Assembly (NCBI GenBank): GCA_038205615.1
Contig: JBBRBS010000001.1
Location: forward strand, 16,174 to 80,173
DNA from: Burkholderiales bacterium
GTDB lineage: Bacteria; Pseudomonadota; Gammaproteobacteria; Burkholderiales; Gallionellaceae
Length of the DNA stretch: 64,000 nucleotides
Reading direction: 5' to 3'
Part shown: positions 31,107 through 41,839 of the stretch, in pieces
How the letters are laid out: every line of letters starts with the position of its first letter
Position numbering within the stretch: position 1 is the first letter of the stretch
Translations under genes and position numbers: made by a program
Notes under the pieces: model-generated
Told to the model about the DNA's origin: nothing
Seen by the model: only the letters and a program-made list of their open reading frames with translations
The model's database searches: none

Positions 31107-31491
31107 AATCAGCAGCTGGGCAGTGCTTGGATACATCAAGGCGGGGGACTGGCTGACGCTGGTGTCGGGCAGTGTATGCGTTGCGCTTCTCACCATGACG
31201 TTGTGGAGTGGCGAGCTCGCCGACAAGGCGGTGATACGTAGCGGCGGGAAAATTTTTCGCACCGTTGCACTCTCGCAAGACAGGAAAATAGAAGTTCCCG
31301 GCCCGCTGGGTATCAGTCTGATCTCCATTGAAAATCGCAGGGTACGCATCGCTTCCGACCCTAGTCCGCGACAATACTGTGTACGTCAGGGCTGGCTGCA
31401 ACAAGCCGGCGAAATTGCACTGTGCCTGCCCAATCAGGTGAGCGTCGAGCTGGTCGGCAGCCACAAGCGTTATGACAGCCTGAGTTACTAG
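31093..31491 (+). CDS. NusG domain II-containing membrane-anchored protein (EetA-like)
   Basis: KAGDW + [23 protein letters not shown] signature. Confidence 0.85.
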   Translation: MNSPEISSWAVLGYIKAGDWLTLVSGSVCVALLTMTLWSGELADKAVIRSGGKIFRTVALSQDRKIEVPGPLGISLISIENRRVRIASDPSPRQYCVRQGWLQQAGEIALCLPNQVSVELVGSHKRYDSLSY

Positions 31492-31492
31492 A

Positions 31493-32098
31493 ATGCAGGA
31501 AACAGTGCACAGAAGCCAGCAGACGGAATCTAGGAGCCAGGAATCAGGCTCGCTAAGTCCCGCATCCTGCATCCTGAATACTGAATCACGAATATTGTTG
31601 CATACCACTGCCGAAGATCATCATGTCGCGCGCATGGCGGCGGTGGCGCTGGGCTTAACACTGCTGGAAGGGGCTATTCCATCGCCCTTGCCAGGCGTGA
31701 AGCCCGGTTTGGCCAACATCGTCACCCTAGTCGTGCTGGCGCGCTATGGCTGGCGTACTGCTGCGTGGGTGTCGTTATTGCGTGTGTTCGCCGGTAGTCT
31801 GTTGTTCGGCAATTTTCTCACGCCGGGATTTTTTCTCGGTCTGGCAGGCGCGCTGCTCAGCTTGATGGTACTGGCATTGGCGCAATATTTGCCAACACGC
31901 TGGTTCGGCCCCGTCAGCCACAGCATTTACGCCGCTTTCGCGCATATCACAGGACAGATGGCTGTGGTCTACTTGTGGCTGATCCCACATGCAGGCATCG
32001 CCTACCTGATTCCGATTTTTTCGATTTCGGCACTGGTGTTCGGCACAGTGAACGGGCTGATTGCAGCGCGATTCATGGATAATGCGGAAGCTAAATAA
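31493..32098 (+). CDS. Gx transporter / heptaprenyl diphosphate synthase component I family membrane protein (EetB-like); true start uncertain
   Basis: LEGAIPSPLPGVKPGLANIV, LRVFAGSLLFG, AHITGQ motifs. Confidence 0.85.
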   Translation: MQETVHRSQQTESRSQESGSLSPASCILNTESRILLHTTAEDHHVARMAAVALGLTLLEGAIPSPLPGVKPGLANIVTLVVLARYGWRTAAWVSLLRVFAGSLLFGNFLTPGFFLGLAGALLSLMVLALAQYLPTRWFGPVSHSIYAAFAHITGQMAVVYLWLIPHAGIAYLIPIFSISALVFGTVNGLIAARFMDNAEAK

Positions 32099-32104
32099 CT
32101 TGGA

Positions 32105-32719
32105 GTGCCGCATCCTGTGAAAACCATCACCCTTGCTTTTACTGGTGCATCCGGCATGCCTTACGGTATGCGTCTGCTCGAATGCCTGTTGCAAAGCGGT
32201 CAGCGCGTGCATCTGGTGTATTCCATGGCTGCACAGATCGTCGCAAAACAGGAAATGGGGCTGGTGTTGCCGAACCGCCCGCCCGATGCAGAACGCATGC
32301 TTGCCGAACGATTTGGGGGATTTTCCGGGGAGCTGCATGTGTTCGGGCGCGATGACTGGTACGCGCCAATGGCATCAGGCTCGAATCCTGGCGATGCCAT
32401 GGTGATATGTCCTTGCACAATGGGTACGCTGGCTAAAGTCGCATCAGGGATCAGCGACGACCTGATTGCCCGTGCTGCGGACGTGATGCTCAAAGAACGG
32501 CGCACGCTGATCCTGGCGCCGCGCGAAATGCCCTTTTCAGTGATCCATCTGGAAAATATGCTCACCCTTGCCCGTGCAGGCGCCGTCATCATGCCACCCA
32601 ACCCTGGCTTTTATTACCAGCCTGACAGCGTGCAGGATATGGTGGATTTCGTGGTCGCACGCATTCTCGATCATCTGGGGGTGGCGAACACACTGCTGCC
32701 GAGATGGGGCGAAAAGTAA
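32105..32719 (+). CDS. ubiX: Flavin prenyltransferase
   Basis: TGASG, ASGS, PCTMGTLA, RAADVMLKERR, PREMP, PPNPGFY. Confidence 0.95.
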   Translation: MPHPVKTITLAFTGASGMPYGMRLLECLLQSGQRVHLVYSMAAQIVAKQEMGLVLPNRPPDAERMLAERFGGFSGELHVFGRDDWYAPMASGSNPGDAMVICPCTMGTLAKVASGISDDLIARAADVMLKERRTLILAPREMPFSVIHLENMLTLARAGAVIMPPNPGFYYQPDSVQDMVDFVVARILDHLGVANTLLPRWGEK

Positions 32720-32725
32720 TTATTA

Positions 32726-32749
32726 AGCTTGTAGCTTGTAGCTTGTAGC
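32726..32749. repeat. Heptamer tandem repeat (AGCTTGT)x3
   Basis: Three exact copies between ubiX and the Nudix gene. Confidence 0.85.
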
Positions 32750-32790
32750 CGTGGGCTGCTACAGCCAGCGATAAAATTTAAGAGGTATTT

Positions 32791-33735
32791 TTGAATAATT
32801 CGATGACCAAGATCATTGAGGTTGCTGCTGCGGTGCTTCAGCGCCCTGACGGTGCTTTCCTGCTGGCACAGCGACCTGCAGATAAAATATGGGCAGGCTA
32901 CTGGGAGTTTCCGGGAGGAAAGGTGGAGGCGGGTGAGACGGTGCGGGATGCGCTGGTGCGCGAATTGAACGAGGAGCTGGGTATTGAGGCGCTGACGGTC
33001 TTTCCCTGGCTTACGCGTATCTTCACCTATCCGCATGCGACGGTGCGTCTGAGTTTTTTTCGGGTCACACAATGGCGTGGCGATTTGTATCCACACGAGG
33101 GACAGCAGTTTTCCTGGCAACGTGCGACGGAGGTGACCGTAGCGCCAGTGCTGCCGGCCAATGTACTCATCCTGCGTGCGCTTGAGTTACCGCCTCTTTA
33201 TGCCATCAGCAATGCTGTCGAGTTGGGTGTGGAGGCCTTTTTGATCAAGCTGAAAATGCAGCTGGATGCGGGGTTGCGCCTGATGCAGCTGCGCGAAAAA
33301 GGTCTTGGCCGAGCCGAGCTACGTGAATTGGCGCAGCGAATGGTAGCGATGGCGCATGCACGGGGTGCTGCGGTCTTGATTAACGGCGATGTGGCGCTGG
33401 CACAAGAGGTTGGTGCGGATGGGGTGCAGTTGACCTCGATGCAGCTCGCCGAACTCGCTGAGCGCCCTGCCGTACTCTGGTGCGGTGCTTCCTGCCACAC
33501 TGCGGAGGATTTGCGTCGTGCGGAGCAGCTGGGTTGCGATTTTGCGATGTTGAGTCCGGTGTTGCCGACGAAGTCGCATCCGGGAGCCGCACATCTGGGC
33601 TGGGAGCATTTTTCAGGCTTGCTGGCGGGATCATCCATTCCAGTATACGCCCTGGGGGGGCTGACTCATGCGGACATGAACGCCGCCTGGCAGCATGGTG
33701 CGCATGGTATCGCCTTGTTGCGTCAGGCTTGGTAG
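32791..33735 (+). CDS. Nudix hydrolase (MutT-like) fused to thiamine-phosphate-synthase-like domain
   Basis: [24 protein letters not shown] Nudix box; [31 protein letters not shown] motifs. Confidence 0.92.
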   Translation: MNNSMTKIIEVAAAVLQRPDGAFLLAQRPADKIWAGYWEFPGGKVEAGETVRDALVRELNEELGIEALTVFPWLTRIFTYPHATVRLSFFRVTQWRGDLYPHEGQQFSWQRATEVTVAPVLPANVLILRALELPPLYAISNAVELGVEAFLIKLKMQLDAGLRLMQLREKGLGRAELRELAQRMVAMAHARGAAVLINGDVALAQEVGADGVQLTSMQLAELAERPAVLWCGASCHTAEDLRRAEQLGCDFAMLSPVLPTKSHPGAAHLGWEHFSGLLAGSSIPVYALGGLTHADMNAAWQHGAHGIALLRQAW

Positions 33736-33920
33736 GGAGGTGCGGTAAATTCCTGTTCGTCTTCAGGGAGGGTTACGCGGAATTCTTCGTCCGCCCATTT
33801 GCCGAGGTCGATCATTTTGCATCGTTCGCTGCAAAACGGGCGATAAAGATTGTTGATATCCCATGGGGATTCTTTGCCGCAGCGTGGGCAAGCGACGATA
33901 GGTAATTTTGATGGGGTCAC
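33723..33920 (-). CDS. yacG: DNA gyrase inhibitor YacG
   Basis: [19 protein letters not shown]; GTG start overlapping zapD stop. Confidence 0.92.
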   Translation of the reverse strand: MTPSKLPIVACPRCGKESPWDINNLYRPFCSERCKMIDLGKWADEEFRVTLPEDEQEFTAPPYQA

Positions 33921-34678
33921 GATGTCAGGGTGCAAAAAGTCAAATCGAAAGGTACATCTTGTTCAAACAGGGACGATTTCGCTGCATAGTTTGCGACGAT
34001 AAAGCGTATATTGATCGCATATTTGTTTGCGCCGAGTTCAGGAATGCAGGCCAAGTCCGGATGTAAACTGACGCGTAACAACAGCGCCGCCCGTCCGCCC
34101 TGCATTTGCTGGAAAGTGCCCTTCTGTGCAGTGAAGCTGATTTTTCGCCCGTTCTCTCGCAGCAGACGCAACAGAATTTCGATGGCAGCGCTGATCGGCA
34201 GCAGAGGCGATAACCATTCGCGCAGGTTGTCGCGGCGTAAGCTGGCAGGTTGTTTCTGCCAATAGTGATAGGAGGGCAGATCAAACTGGCATGTGCCGCC
34301 CGGCATGCTGGCGCGTTGCCTGATGCCCATCAGCCATTCATTGTCGCGTAGTATCGCCCCCACTTTTCCGGTCATCGCGAGCAGAGCTGCTGCGGCTTGT
34401 TCAATCTCGCCCAAGATCCCGTCGAGCGCATGTTCAGAAATTTCCGGGTTGTTGTGCAAACTTGCGAGAGAGCGCTTCTGACGTTCAAGTTCTTGTAATA
34501 ATTCTGATTTAAGGTCTGGGCGGCTGGCGACTTCGTGAATTTCAAAGAGCGTCGTGAGTGCAACATGATGTTCCATGCTGAGCTCGCCCGCCACGAAATA
34601 ATTGACGCGCGCGAACAAATCTTCAAGACGCAACCAGGTGCGTACTTTTTCATTGAGCGGGAATTCGTAGCTGATCAC
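33917..34678 (-). CDS. zapD: Cell division protein ZapD
   Basis: [44 protein letters not shown]. Confidence 0.95.
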   Translation of the reverse strand: MISYEFPLNEKVRTWLRLEDLFARVNYFVAGELSMEHHVALTTLFEIHEVASRPDLKSELLQELERQKRSLASLHNNPEISEHALDGILGEIEQAAAALLAMTGKVGAILRDNEWLMGIRQRASMPGGTCQFDLPSYHYWQKQPASLRRDNLREWLSPLLPISAAIEILLRLLRENGRKISFTAQKGTFQQMQGGRAALLLRVSLHPDLACIPELGANKYAINIRFIVANYAAKSSLFEQDVPFDLTFCTLTS

Positions 34679-34737
34679 GTTGTTATTGTCTGTTATGTGA
34701 TTAAAAGAAACGCCGAACACGGAAGATATATTGAATA

Positions 34738-35373
34738 TCAGCTTGCCGTCAAATTGTTGTTAATTATATTCAGGTAATACGGGTGCAATGTGGCAACCTG
34801 ATCAGTCAGTTCATCAATCGTACCGTCGTTCTGGATGATGTCATCCGCGCGTGCTCTGCGCTCTGTTTGAGACAGCTGCAGCGCGATAATCGCACGAATT
34901 TCTGATTCGTCAAGCCTGCTGCGTTGCATCACGCGAAAAATCTGATTTTGTTCGCTGCAATCAACCAGCAATACGCGCTGAACCAGTTTTAGAAAGGCCG
35001 GGCAATCCAGCAGCAACGGCGCCATCAGGATTGTGTACGGAGCGTGGCTCGCGGCTGTCAGCTGTTCTTTACAGGCAGTCAGTATCAGCGGGTGCAGGAT
35101 ATTTTCCAGTTTCGACTTGGCGCACTGATCAGTAAAGACAAGATGACGCATTCTGCTGCGATCCATCGCGCCCTCTGGCGTCAGGTAATCTGCACCGAAG
35201 CCGGCGCTAACTGCTGCTATGGCTTGTCCGCCTGGCAGCGTCAAGTGATGTGCAATTACATCCGTGTCGATGATGACTGCGCCCAGCGTTTCAAATAGGC
35301 GTGCGACGGTATTCTTACCGCAACCAATTCCGCCGGTCAGACCAATACAGGCCGGGTAGCGCCGCAAACTCAT
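34738..35373 (-). CDS. coaE: Dephospho-CoA kinase
   Basis: IGLTGGIGCGK, IDTD, LENILHPLI, ADDIIQN. Confidence 0.95.
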   Translation of the reverse strand: MSLRRYPACIGLTGGIGCGKNTVARLFETLGAVIIDTDVIAHHLTLPGGQAIAAVSAGFGADYLTPEGAMDRSRMRHLVFTDQCAKSKLENILHPLILTACKEQLTAASHAPYTILMAPLLLDCPAFLKLVQRVLLVDCSEQNQIFRVMQRSRLDESEIRAIIALQLSQTERRARADDIIQNDGTIDELTDQVATLHPYYLNIINNNLTAS

Positions 35374-36239
35374 TGTGCCAGCAGTTGCAGATAGTTTTGT
35401 GTGAGCGTTTGGCCCCAGAACAGCGCGATCAATCCGCCGCCCGCCAGATAGGGGCCGAACGGGATAGGAATGTCGCGGCCATGCTTGACCGCCACGATCA
35501 GCGTGATGCCGACGACGGCGCCGACCAGCGATGACAGGATGATCATCAGCGGCAGCATTTGCCAGCCCAGCCAGGCGCCCAGTGCAGCTAGTAATTTGAA
35601 ATCGCCATAGCCCATGCCTTCCTTGCCGGTGACAAGCTTGAACAGCCAGTACACGGACCAGAGTGCGAGATAGCCCAGTATGGCTCCCAGAAAAGCGTCA
35701 TGCAATGTGGTGAACGCGCCATACAGGTTGAACAACAGTCCTGTCCAAATTAAGGGTAGCGTGATGTCGTCCGGCAGTAATTGAGTGTCGATATCGATCA
35801 CTGTCAGTGCCAGCAGAGCCCAGATCAGCAGGATTGCACCTACAGCGGCCAGCCCGAAGCCGAAGTGCGATGCAGCAAATCCGCACAGGATGGCACTCGC
35901 AGCTTCGATGATTGGATAGCGCGGTGAGATTGCAGCGCCACAGCCACGACAACGGCCACGCAGAAACAGATAACTTAATACCGGAATGTTTTCCCGTGCA
36001 CTAATGGCGTGCTGGCAATGCGGGCAGGCGGAGCGGGGAACCAGCAGATTGTAAGGCGCACTGTCGACGGGTTGTTCGCCGTGCAATTCAGCGCACTGCC
36101 CTCGCCATTCCAGTTCCATCATTTTCGGTAAGCGGTGGATCACCACGTTGAGAAAACTGCCTACCAGCAGTCCTAATACAACGCACACACCGGTAAATAT
36201 CATCGGTGACGATTCGAGAAGTTGGAAGAGTTCAGTCAT
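35370..36239 (-). CDS. pilD: Prepilin peptidase / N-methyltransferase
   Basis: GSFLNVVIHRLP, two CxxC, ID..TQLLPD, GMGYGDFKL, IPFGPYLA. Confidence 0.96.
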   Translation of the reverse strand: MTELFQLLESSPMIFTGVCVVLGLLVGSFLNVVIHRLPKMMELEWRGQCAELHGEQPVDSAPYNLLVPRSACPHCQHAISARENIPVLSYLFLRGRCRGCGAAISPRYPIIEAASAILCGFAASHFGFGLAAVGAILLIWALLALTVIDIDTQLLPDDITLPLIWTGLLFNLYGAFTTLHDAFLGAILGYLALWSVYWLFKLVTGKEGMGYGDFKLLAALGAWLGWQMLPLMIILSSLVGAVVGITLIVAVKHGRDIPIPFGPYLAGGGLIALFWGQTLTQNYLQLLAQ

Positions 36240-36456
36240 GTCGTCGGTTTCAGTTAGAACTAACCCGATGTCGGGTTGTGTTGGAGTTAAAACGGCCGGC
36301 CAGCAGCCCTGAATAAGTACAGGCAGCTGTGAATCGCGGCGGGGATGATACAAGCCGTTCGGGTAAATTCATATTTCAGGAGTTTGAAGTCAGATTCGGG
36401 TTGAAGATTGCGCTGGTTTTTTGCTGAATCTCGAATCCCAAATTCTGAATCCTGTT

Positions 36457-37668
36457 TTATATGACCTGGCCCATCTTGAAGATCGGCAGATACATCGCGA
36501 TGACCATGCCGCCAATCAGCGTGCCGAGTACGACCATGATGACAGGTTCCATCAGACTGGCCAAGGCTTCGACCGCATCATCCACTTCAGCCTCGTAAAA
36601 GTCGGCGACTTTGGAGAGCATTGCGTCGAGTGAACCGGCCTCTTCGCCAATAGACACCATTTGTATCACCATGCTGGGAAAGACTTCGGTGTTTTGCATT
36701 GCGGTTGTCAGGCTGTTGCCAGTGCTGACTTCGCGTTGGATGCTCTTGGTTGCATCGAAATATACGGCGTTGCCCGCCGCACCGGCAACCGAATTGAACG
36801 CTTCGACCAGCGGTACGCCGGCGGCGAACATCGTGGACAGCGTACGGCTCCAGCGTGCGATGGTTGCTTTCTTCACCAGATCGCCGAATACCGGTACTTT
36901 GAGCAGCAGTCTGTCCATGAAGTGTTGCATGGGCCGGCTGCGCTTCCAGAAGTAGAAGAAGGTATAAAGTCCGCCGCCTATGATGCTAAAAATAGCCCAC
37001 CAGTAGGTGACAAAGAAATCGGAAATGTTCATGATGAATAACGTAGGTGCAGGCAGATCCGCGCCGAAGCTTGAAAACAACTCCTTGAACGCGGGTATGA
37101 CGAAAATCATGATTACGGCGGTAATGACGAACGCAATGACGATAATCGAGACGGGGTAGAACAAGGCTGATTTGATCTTGCTCTTGATCGCCAGAATCTT
37201 CTCCTGATAGGTCGCCAGGCGCTCGAGCAAACTATCCAGAATACCCGCTGATTCACCGGCGCCGATCAGATTGCAGTACAAGTCATCGAAATATAGGGGG
37301 TGCTTTTTGAATGCCTGTTGCAAACTGTTGCCGGTCTCAATATCGGTTTTTATGGTGAGCAGCAATCGGGATACGGATGGATTGTGATGGCCCTTGCCGA
37401 CGATGTCGAAGGACTGCAGCAGCGGTACACCCGCTTTGAGCATGGTGGCCAGTTGTCGTGTGAACAGGGTGATGTCTTTTTGGGTGATGGCTTTGGAGCT
37501 GCTGCGCGCCCGCTTGATCTTGATGACATTGATGCCCTGGCGGCGCAGATGGGCGGACAAGTTGGCTTCACCTACCGCACGCACTTCACCCTTGATGAGT
37601 TTGCCGGCCTTGTCTTTACCTTCCCAGGTGTAGGTATATTCTTTTGCTTTCGTAGGTGCGACAGCCAT
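36457..37668 (-). CDS. pilC: Type IV pilus inner-membrane platform protein (GspF family)
   Basis: FTRQLATMLKAGVPL, AGESAG, KIKSALFYP, IGEEAGSLD, AMYLPIF. Confidence 0.95.
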   Translation of the reverse strand: MAVAPTKAKEYTYTWEGKDKAGKLIKGEVRAVGEANLSAHLRRQGINVIKIKRARSSSKAITQKDITLFTRQLATMLKAGVPLLQSFDIVGKGHHNPSVSRLLLTIKTDIETGNSLQQAFKKHPLYFDDLYCNLIGAGESAGILDSLLERLATYQEKILAIKSKIKSALFYPVSIIVIAFVITAVIMIFVIPAFKELFSSFGADLPAPTLFIMNISDFFVTYWWAIFSIIGGGLYTFFYFWKRSRPMQHFMDRLLLKVPVFGDLVKKATIARWSRTLSTMFAAGVPLVEAFNSVAGAAGNAVYFDATKSIQREVSTGNSLTTAMQNTEVFPSMVIQMVSIGEEAGSLDAMLSKVADFYEAEVDDAVEALASLMEPVIMVVLGTLIGGMVIAMYLPIFKMGQVI

Positions 37669-37782
37669 AACGTGTCCTCTGAATTGCCGTTAGCGGGCAT
37701 CATGCCGAGCTTTAGCGGTCTTGTAAAGCAGGACAGGGAACAAGGGATAATTATCAATTGTCGATTATCAATTTTTATTCGT

Positions 37783-39060
37783 TCATTGTTTTATGATTTG
37801 CTGCGGAAACAGGCGCGCGACTTTGACGATGCGATCCTGGGTTTGAATGATTTCGATGGGGTATCCGGCGATCTTCAGGCCGGTGCCGGTTTCCGGAATG
37901 TCTTCCAGATGTTCGAGTATCAGTCCGTTGAGTGTTTTTGCGCTATCCAGAGGCAGATGCAGGCCCAGTTTTCGGTTCAGTTCGCGCAAGCTGGTGCCGC
38001 CTTCCAGCAGAATGCTACCATCATCCTGGCGCAAAAATTTCCCGGTTTGTGAAGGCGACTGTGTCGTGAATTCTCCGACAATTTCCTCCAGGATATTTTC
38101 CAGCGTGACCAGTCCTAGCAGTTCACCGTACTCATCCACGACCAGTCCCAGGCGCGTGTGACGTTCCTGAAACTGTTGCAGTTGCTGGAGCAGCGGGGTA
38201 TCGGAAGGAATGAAATAAGGTTCGTTGAGGACCTCGCGCAATTGCGCGATATCCAGCGTTGCCTCCTGGAACAAGGCAGCCACGCGTTTGAGGTGCAGGA
38301 TGCCAATAATATTGCCGGGCGTGTCGGCATACACCGGCAGCAGTGTGTGATGACAGGTGATGATCTGCTGGCGCAGTGTGTCATGATCGGCATTGATATC
38401 CAGCGATTCAATCTGATTGCGCGGAATCATTACGTCATTGACCGTGATGCGCTCCAGATCGACCAGATTGAGCAGCATTTTTTGATGTTTTCGCGGCAGA
38501 AAATGCTCGGCATCCAGCACCAGTCCGCGCAGTTCTTCCAGCGTAATTTTTTGTTTACTCTGATCGGTCTGTATCTTGATGCGCAGCAGCCACAGCACCC
38601 CTTTGACGATAGCGCCTGCAACTGAGACCACCGGGTGAAACAGCTTGATCATCACGGTGAGCAGGTAGCTCGACGGGAGCGCTACGCGTTCCGGGTAGCT
38701 TGCAGCGATGATTTTTGGCAGGATTTCGCTGAAAATCAGCAGCATCAAGGTGATTAGCAGTGTGCCGATCAGCATGGCCAGTTCGTTGTGGCCATACAGG
38801 CGCAGGATGATGAATTCGGTCAGCGTGGCTGCCGCGACATTGAGCAGGGTATTGCCGAGCAGGATGGAGCCCAGCAGCTTATCTATCTTGCCCAATAGCT
38901 GTGCGGTAAGCTTCGCGCTTTTGTTGCCTTTGCGAATCAAATGATTAAGACGATGGCGATTGATCGCCATCATGCTGGTTTCCGAGCCAGAGAAAAACGC
39001 GCTGCAAACCAGCAGCAATATCAAGATGCCAAACAGTGAGGCTGTGGAAAAATCGTTCAA
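37783..39060 (-). CDS. HlyC/CorC (CNNM) family transporter: DUF21 + CBS pair + CorC_HlyC
   Basis: SAFFSGSET, ILLGN, FSEILPK, VDEYG, EEIVGE, TLNGLI. Confidence 0.92.
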   Translation of the reverse strand: MNDFSTASLFGILILLLVCSAFFSGSETSMMAINRHRLNHLIRKGNKSAKLTAQLLGKIDKLLGSILLGNTLLNVAAATLTEFIILRLYGHNELAMLIGTLLITLMLLIFSEILPKIIAASYPERVALPSSYLLTVMIKLFHPVVSVAGAIVKGVLWLLRIKIQTDQSKQKITLEELRGLVLDAEHFLPRKHQKMLLNLVDLERITVNDVMIPRNQIESLDINADHDTLRQQIITCHHTLLPVYADTPGNIIGILHLKRVAALFQEATLDIAQLREVLNEPYFIPSDTPLLQQLQQFQERHTRLGLVVDEYGELLGLVTLENILEEIVGEFTTQSPSQTGKFLRQDDGSILLEGGTSLRELNRKLGLHLPLDSAKTLNGLILEHLEDIPETGTGLKIAGYPIEIIQTQDRIVKVARLFPQQIIKQ

Positions 39061-39121
39061 TGTGTCGTGCCGTTGAGGCCTTAAGTTAGTGGGGGTAGTG
39101 TGCGATAAGGCGTTGGCAGCG

Positions 39122-39910
39122 TCAAGCCGTAGTCCGGCGCATGCTCCAGGTCATCATCGCTATTCCTGCCAGTACCATGGGCAGGCTCAGCCATTGTCCC
39201 ATACTGATGCCGAAGCTCATCAAGCCGAAGATGCCATCGTCGGGGTTGCGTGTAAATTCGCTCAGAAAACGGAAGCTGCCATAGCCGATCAGGAAGAGGC
39301 CGGAAACGGCGCCGACCGGACGAGGTTTCTTTGCATAAAACCAGAGCAGGGTAAACAGCAGTACCCCTTCCAGTGCGAATTCGTAAAGCTGGGAGGGGTG
39401 GCGCGGCAGGTTGTCGACATGTGAAAAGACCATGCCCCAGGGCATATCGGTCGGTCTCCCCCACAATTCGCCGTTGATGAAATTACCCAGCCGTCCGAAG
39501 GCTAAGCCGGGAGGCACCAAGGGGGCGATGAAATCCATCAGTGCCAGCCAGCGAAGTTTTTGCTGGTAAGCGAATATCGCCATCGCCACCAGGACTCCCA
39601 GAAAGCCGCCGTGGAAAGACATGCCGCCTTCCCAGACGGCGAAGATTTTGAGCGGATTGGAGAGATAGTAACTGGGATTGTAGAATAGCACTTCGCCCAG
39701 ACGACCACCCAGAATGACGCCGAGCACACCGTAGAACAAAAGGTCATCGAGCAGCTTGTTGGTCATCTGCGGGTGGTTCAATGCAACGATGCGTTTTCGT
39801 CCCAGCCAGATGAAGGTTAGGAAGCCTGCCATATACATCAGGCCGTACCAATGAATGGCGAGCGGGCCAAGTTGCAATGCGATCGGGTTGATGTGGGGAT
39901 AAACGAGCAT
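39122..39910 (-). CDS. lgt: Prolipoprotein diacylglyceryl transferase
   Basis: [36 protein letters not shown]. Confidence 0.97.
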   Translation of the reverse strand: MLVYPHINPIALQLGPLAIHWYGLMYMAGFLTFIWLGRKRIVALNHPQMTNKLLDDLLFYGVLGVILGGRLGEVLFYNPSYYLSNPLKIFAVWEGGMSFHGGFLGVLVAMAIFAYQQKLRWLALMDFIAPLVPPGLAFGRLGNFINGELWGRPTDMPWGMVFSHVDNLPRHPSQLYEFALEGVLLFTLLWFYAKKPRPVGAVSGLFLIGYGSFRFLSEFTRNPDDGIFGLMSFGISMGQWLSLPMVLAGIAMMTWSMRRTTA

Positions 39911-39964
39911 GATGGAATCGGGTAGAATCGGTAACTTGATTATAGCTTACGCAGAAGAGACATC

Positions 39965-41812
39965 ATGCCAGTTTACCGTTCACGTACTTCCACTCATGGC
40001 CGAAATATGGCCGGTGCACGCTCCTTGTGGCGCGCAACCGGTATGCAAGAAGCCGATTTCGGCAAGCCGATTATCGCCATTGCCAACTCCTTTACCCAGT
40101 TCGTGCCGGGTCACGTCCATTTGAAGGATATGGGGCAGCTGGTCGCGCGAGAGATTGAAAAGTCGGGCGGAATAGCCAAAGAATTCAATACGATAGCGGT
40201 TGATGACGGCATCGCGATGGGGCACAGCGGGATGTTGTATTCGTTGCCCAGCCGCGATCTGATCGCGGATTCGGTCGAATACATGGTCAACGCCCATTGC
40301 GCCGACGCGCTGGTGTGTATTTCCAATTGCGACAAGATCACGCCGGGGATGCTGATGGCCGCGATGCGCCTGAATATCCCGGTGGTATTCGTTTCGGGAG
40401 GCCCGATGGAGGCCGGTAAGGTGAACTGGCAGGGTAAAACTCGTGGCCTGGATCTGGTCGATGCGATGGTGGCCGCTGCCGACAGTCACTATAGCGACGA
40501 AGAGGTTGATGCGATTGAGCGTTCAGCGTGCCCGACCTGTGGCTCCTGCTCAGGCATGTTCACTGCCAATTCGATGAATTGCCTGACCGAAGCCCTGGGC
40601 CTGTCGCTGCCCGGTAATGGTTCGCTGGTGGCGACCCACGCCGAGCGAAAACAGCTGTTTCTGCGTGCAGGCCGCGTGATTGTCGACTTGTGCCGTCGCT
40701 ATTACGAGCAGGACGATGAGTCGGTATTGCCGCGCAATATCGCAGGTTTTAACGCCTTCGAAAACGCGATGACGCTGGATATCGCGATGGGCGGTTCGAC
40801 CAATACCGTGCTCCATCTGCTGGCGATTGCACGTGAAGCGGGTGTGGATTTTACGATGAAGGATATGGATCGCTTGTCCCGCCATGTGCCGACGCTGTGC
40901 AAAGTCGCGCCATCGAGTGAATATCACATGGAGGATGTACACCGCGCAGGCGGCATCCCCGCGATCCTGGGCGAGCTGGACAGGGCAGGTTTGCTGCACG
41001 GTGAAGTCGGTTCCGTACACAGTAAGACGTTGCGGGAGGGCCTGGCTCAGTGGGACATCGTGCAAAATACGGATGGCACGGCGGATAAGTTTTTCCGCGC
41101 GGCACCGGGCGGCATCGTCACGACCATCGCGTTTTCCCAATCCATGTTGTACCCGGATACCGATTCCGATCGCGCGACCGGTTGCATACGCGACAAGACG
41201 CACGCCTATTCGCAAGACGGCGGGCTGGCGGTGTTGCACGGCAATGTTGCGCAAGATGGCTGCATCGTGAAGACGGCAGGCGTGGATGAAAGTATTTTAA
41301 AATTTACAGGTATTGCACGCGTGTTCGAGAGCCAGGACGATGCGGTGGCTGCGGTACTTGCCGATCAAATTGTCGCAGGCGATGTGGTGGTGATCCGCTA
41401 TGAGGGGCCAAAGGGCGGACCTGGCATGCAGGAGATGCTGTATCCGACTGCTTACCTGAAATCGAAGGGGCTGGGCAAGGTGTGCGCTTTGCTGACCGAC
41501 GGGCGCTTCTCAGGCGGCACGTCTGGACTTTCCATCGGTCATGTCTCGCCGGAAGCTGCCGCTGGCGGTGCGATTGGACTGGTGAATGATGGCGATACAA
41601 TAGAAATCGACATTCCGAATCGCAGTATTTCGCTGAGCATATCTGATGAGGAGATGAGTCGCCGTCGCGCAGAAATGGAGGCGCGCGGCCGTCTGGCCTG
41701 GAAGCCTGCCAGTCGTGTGCGGCATGTATCGGTTGCGCTCAGAGCGTATGCTGCGATGACGACCAGTGCCGATAAGGGTGCGGTGCGTGATGTCACGCAA
41801 ATTGAAAAATAA
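39965..41812 (+). CDS. ilvD: Dihydroxy-acid dehydratase
   Basis: [45 protein letters not shown]. Confidence 0.98.
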   Translation: MPVYRSRTSTHGRNMAGARSLWRATGMQEADFGKPIIAIANSFTQFVPGHVHLKDMGQLVAREIEKSGGIAKEFNTIAVDDGIAMGHSGMLYSLPSRDLIADSVEYMVNAHCADALVCISNCDKITPGMLMAAMRLNIPVVFVSGGPMEAGKVNWQGKTRGLDLVDAMVAAADSHYSDEEVDAIERSACPTCGSCSGMFTANSMNCLTEALGLSLPGNGSLVATHAERKQLFLRAGRVIVDLCRRYYEQDDESVLPRNIAGFNAFENAMTLDIAMGGSTNTVLHLLAIAREAGVDFTMKDMDRLSRHVPTLCKVAPSSEYHMEDVHRAGGIPAILGELDRAGLLHGEVGSVHSKTLREGLAQWDIVQNTDGTADKFFRAAPGGIVTTIAFSQSMLYPDTDSDRATGCIRDKTHAYSQDGGLAVLHGNVAQDGCIVKTAGVDESILKFTGIARVFESQDDAVAAVLADQIVAGDVVVIRYEGPKGGPGMQEMLYPTAYLKSKGLGKVCALLTDGRFSGGTSGLSIGHVSPEAAAGGAIGLVNDGDTIEIDIPNRSISLSISDEEMSRRRAEMEARGRLAWKPASRVRHVSVALRAYAAMTTSADKGAVRDVTQIEK

Positions 41813-41839
41813 AAAATACAATTAAATCAGGTGCTTGAA

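Noticed and set aside
36250-36372. 40-aa ORF or N-terminal extension between pilC and pilD
   Set aside because: No SD or recognisable composition; PilD homology begins at ATG 36239
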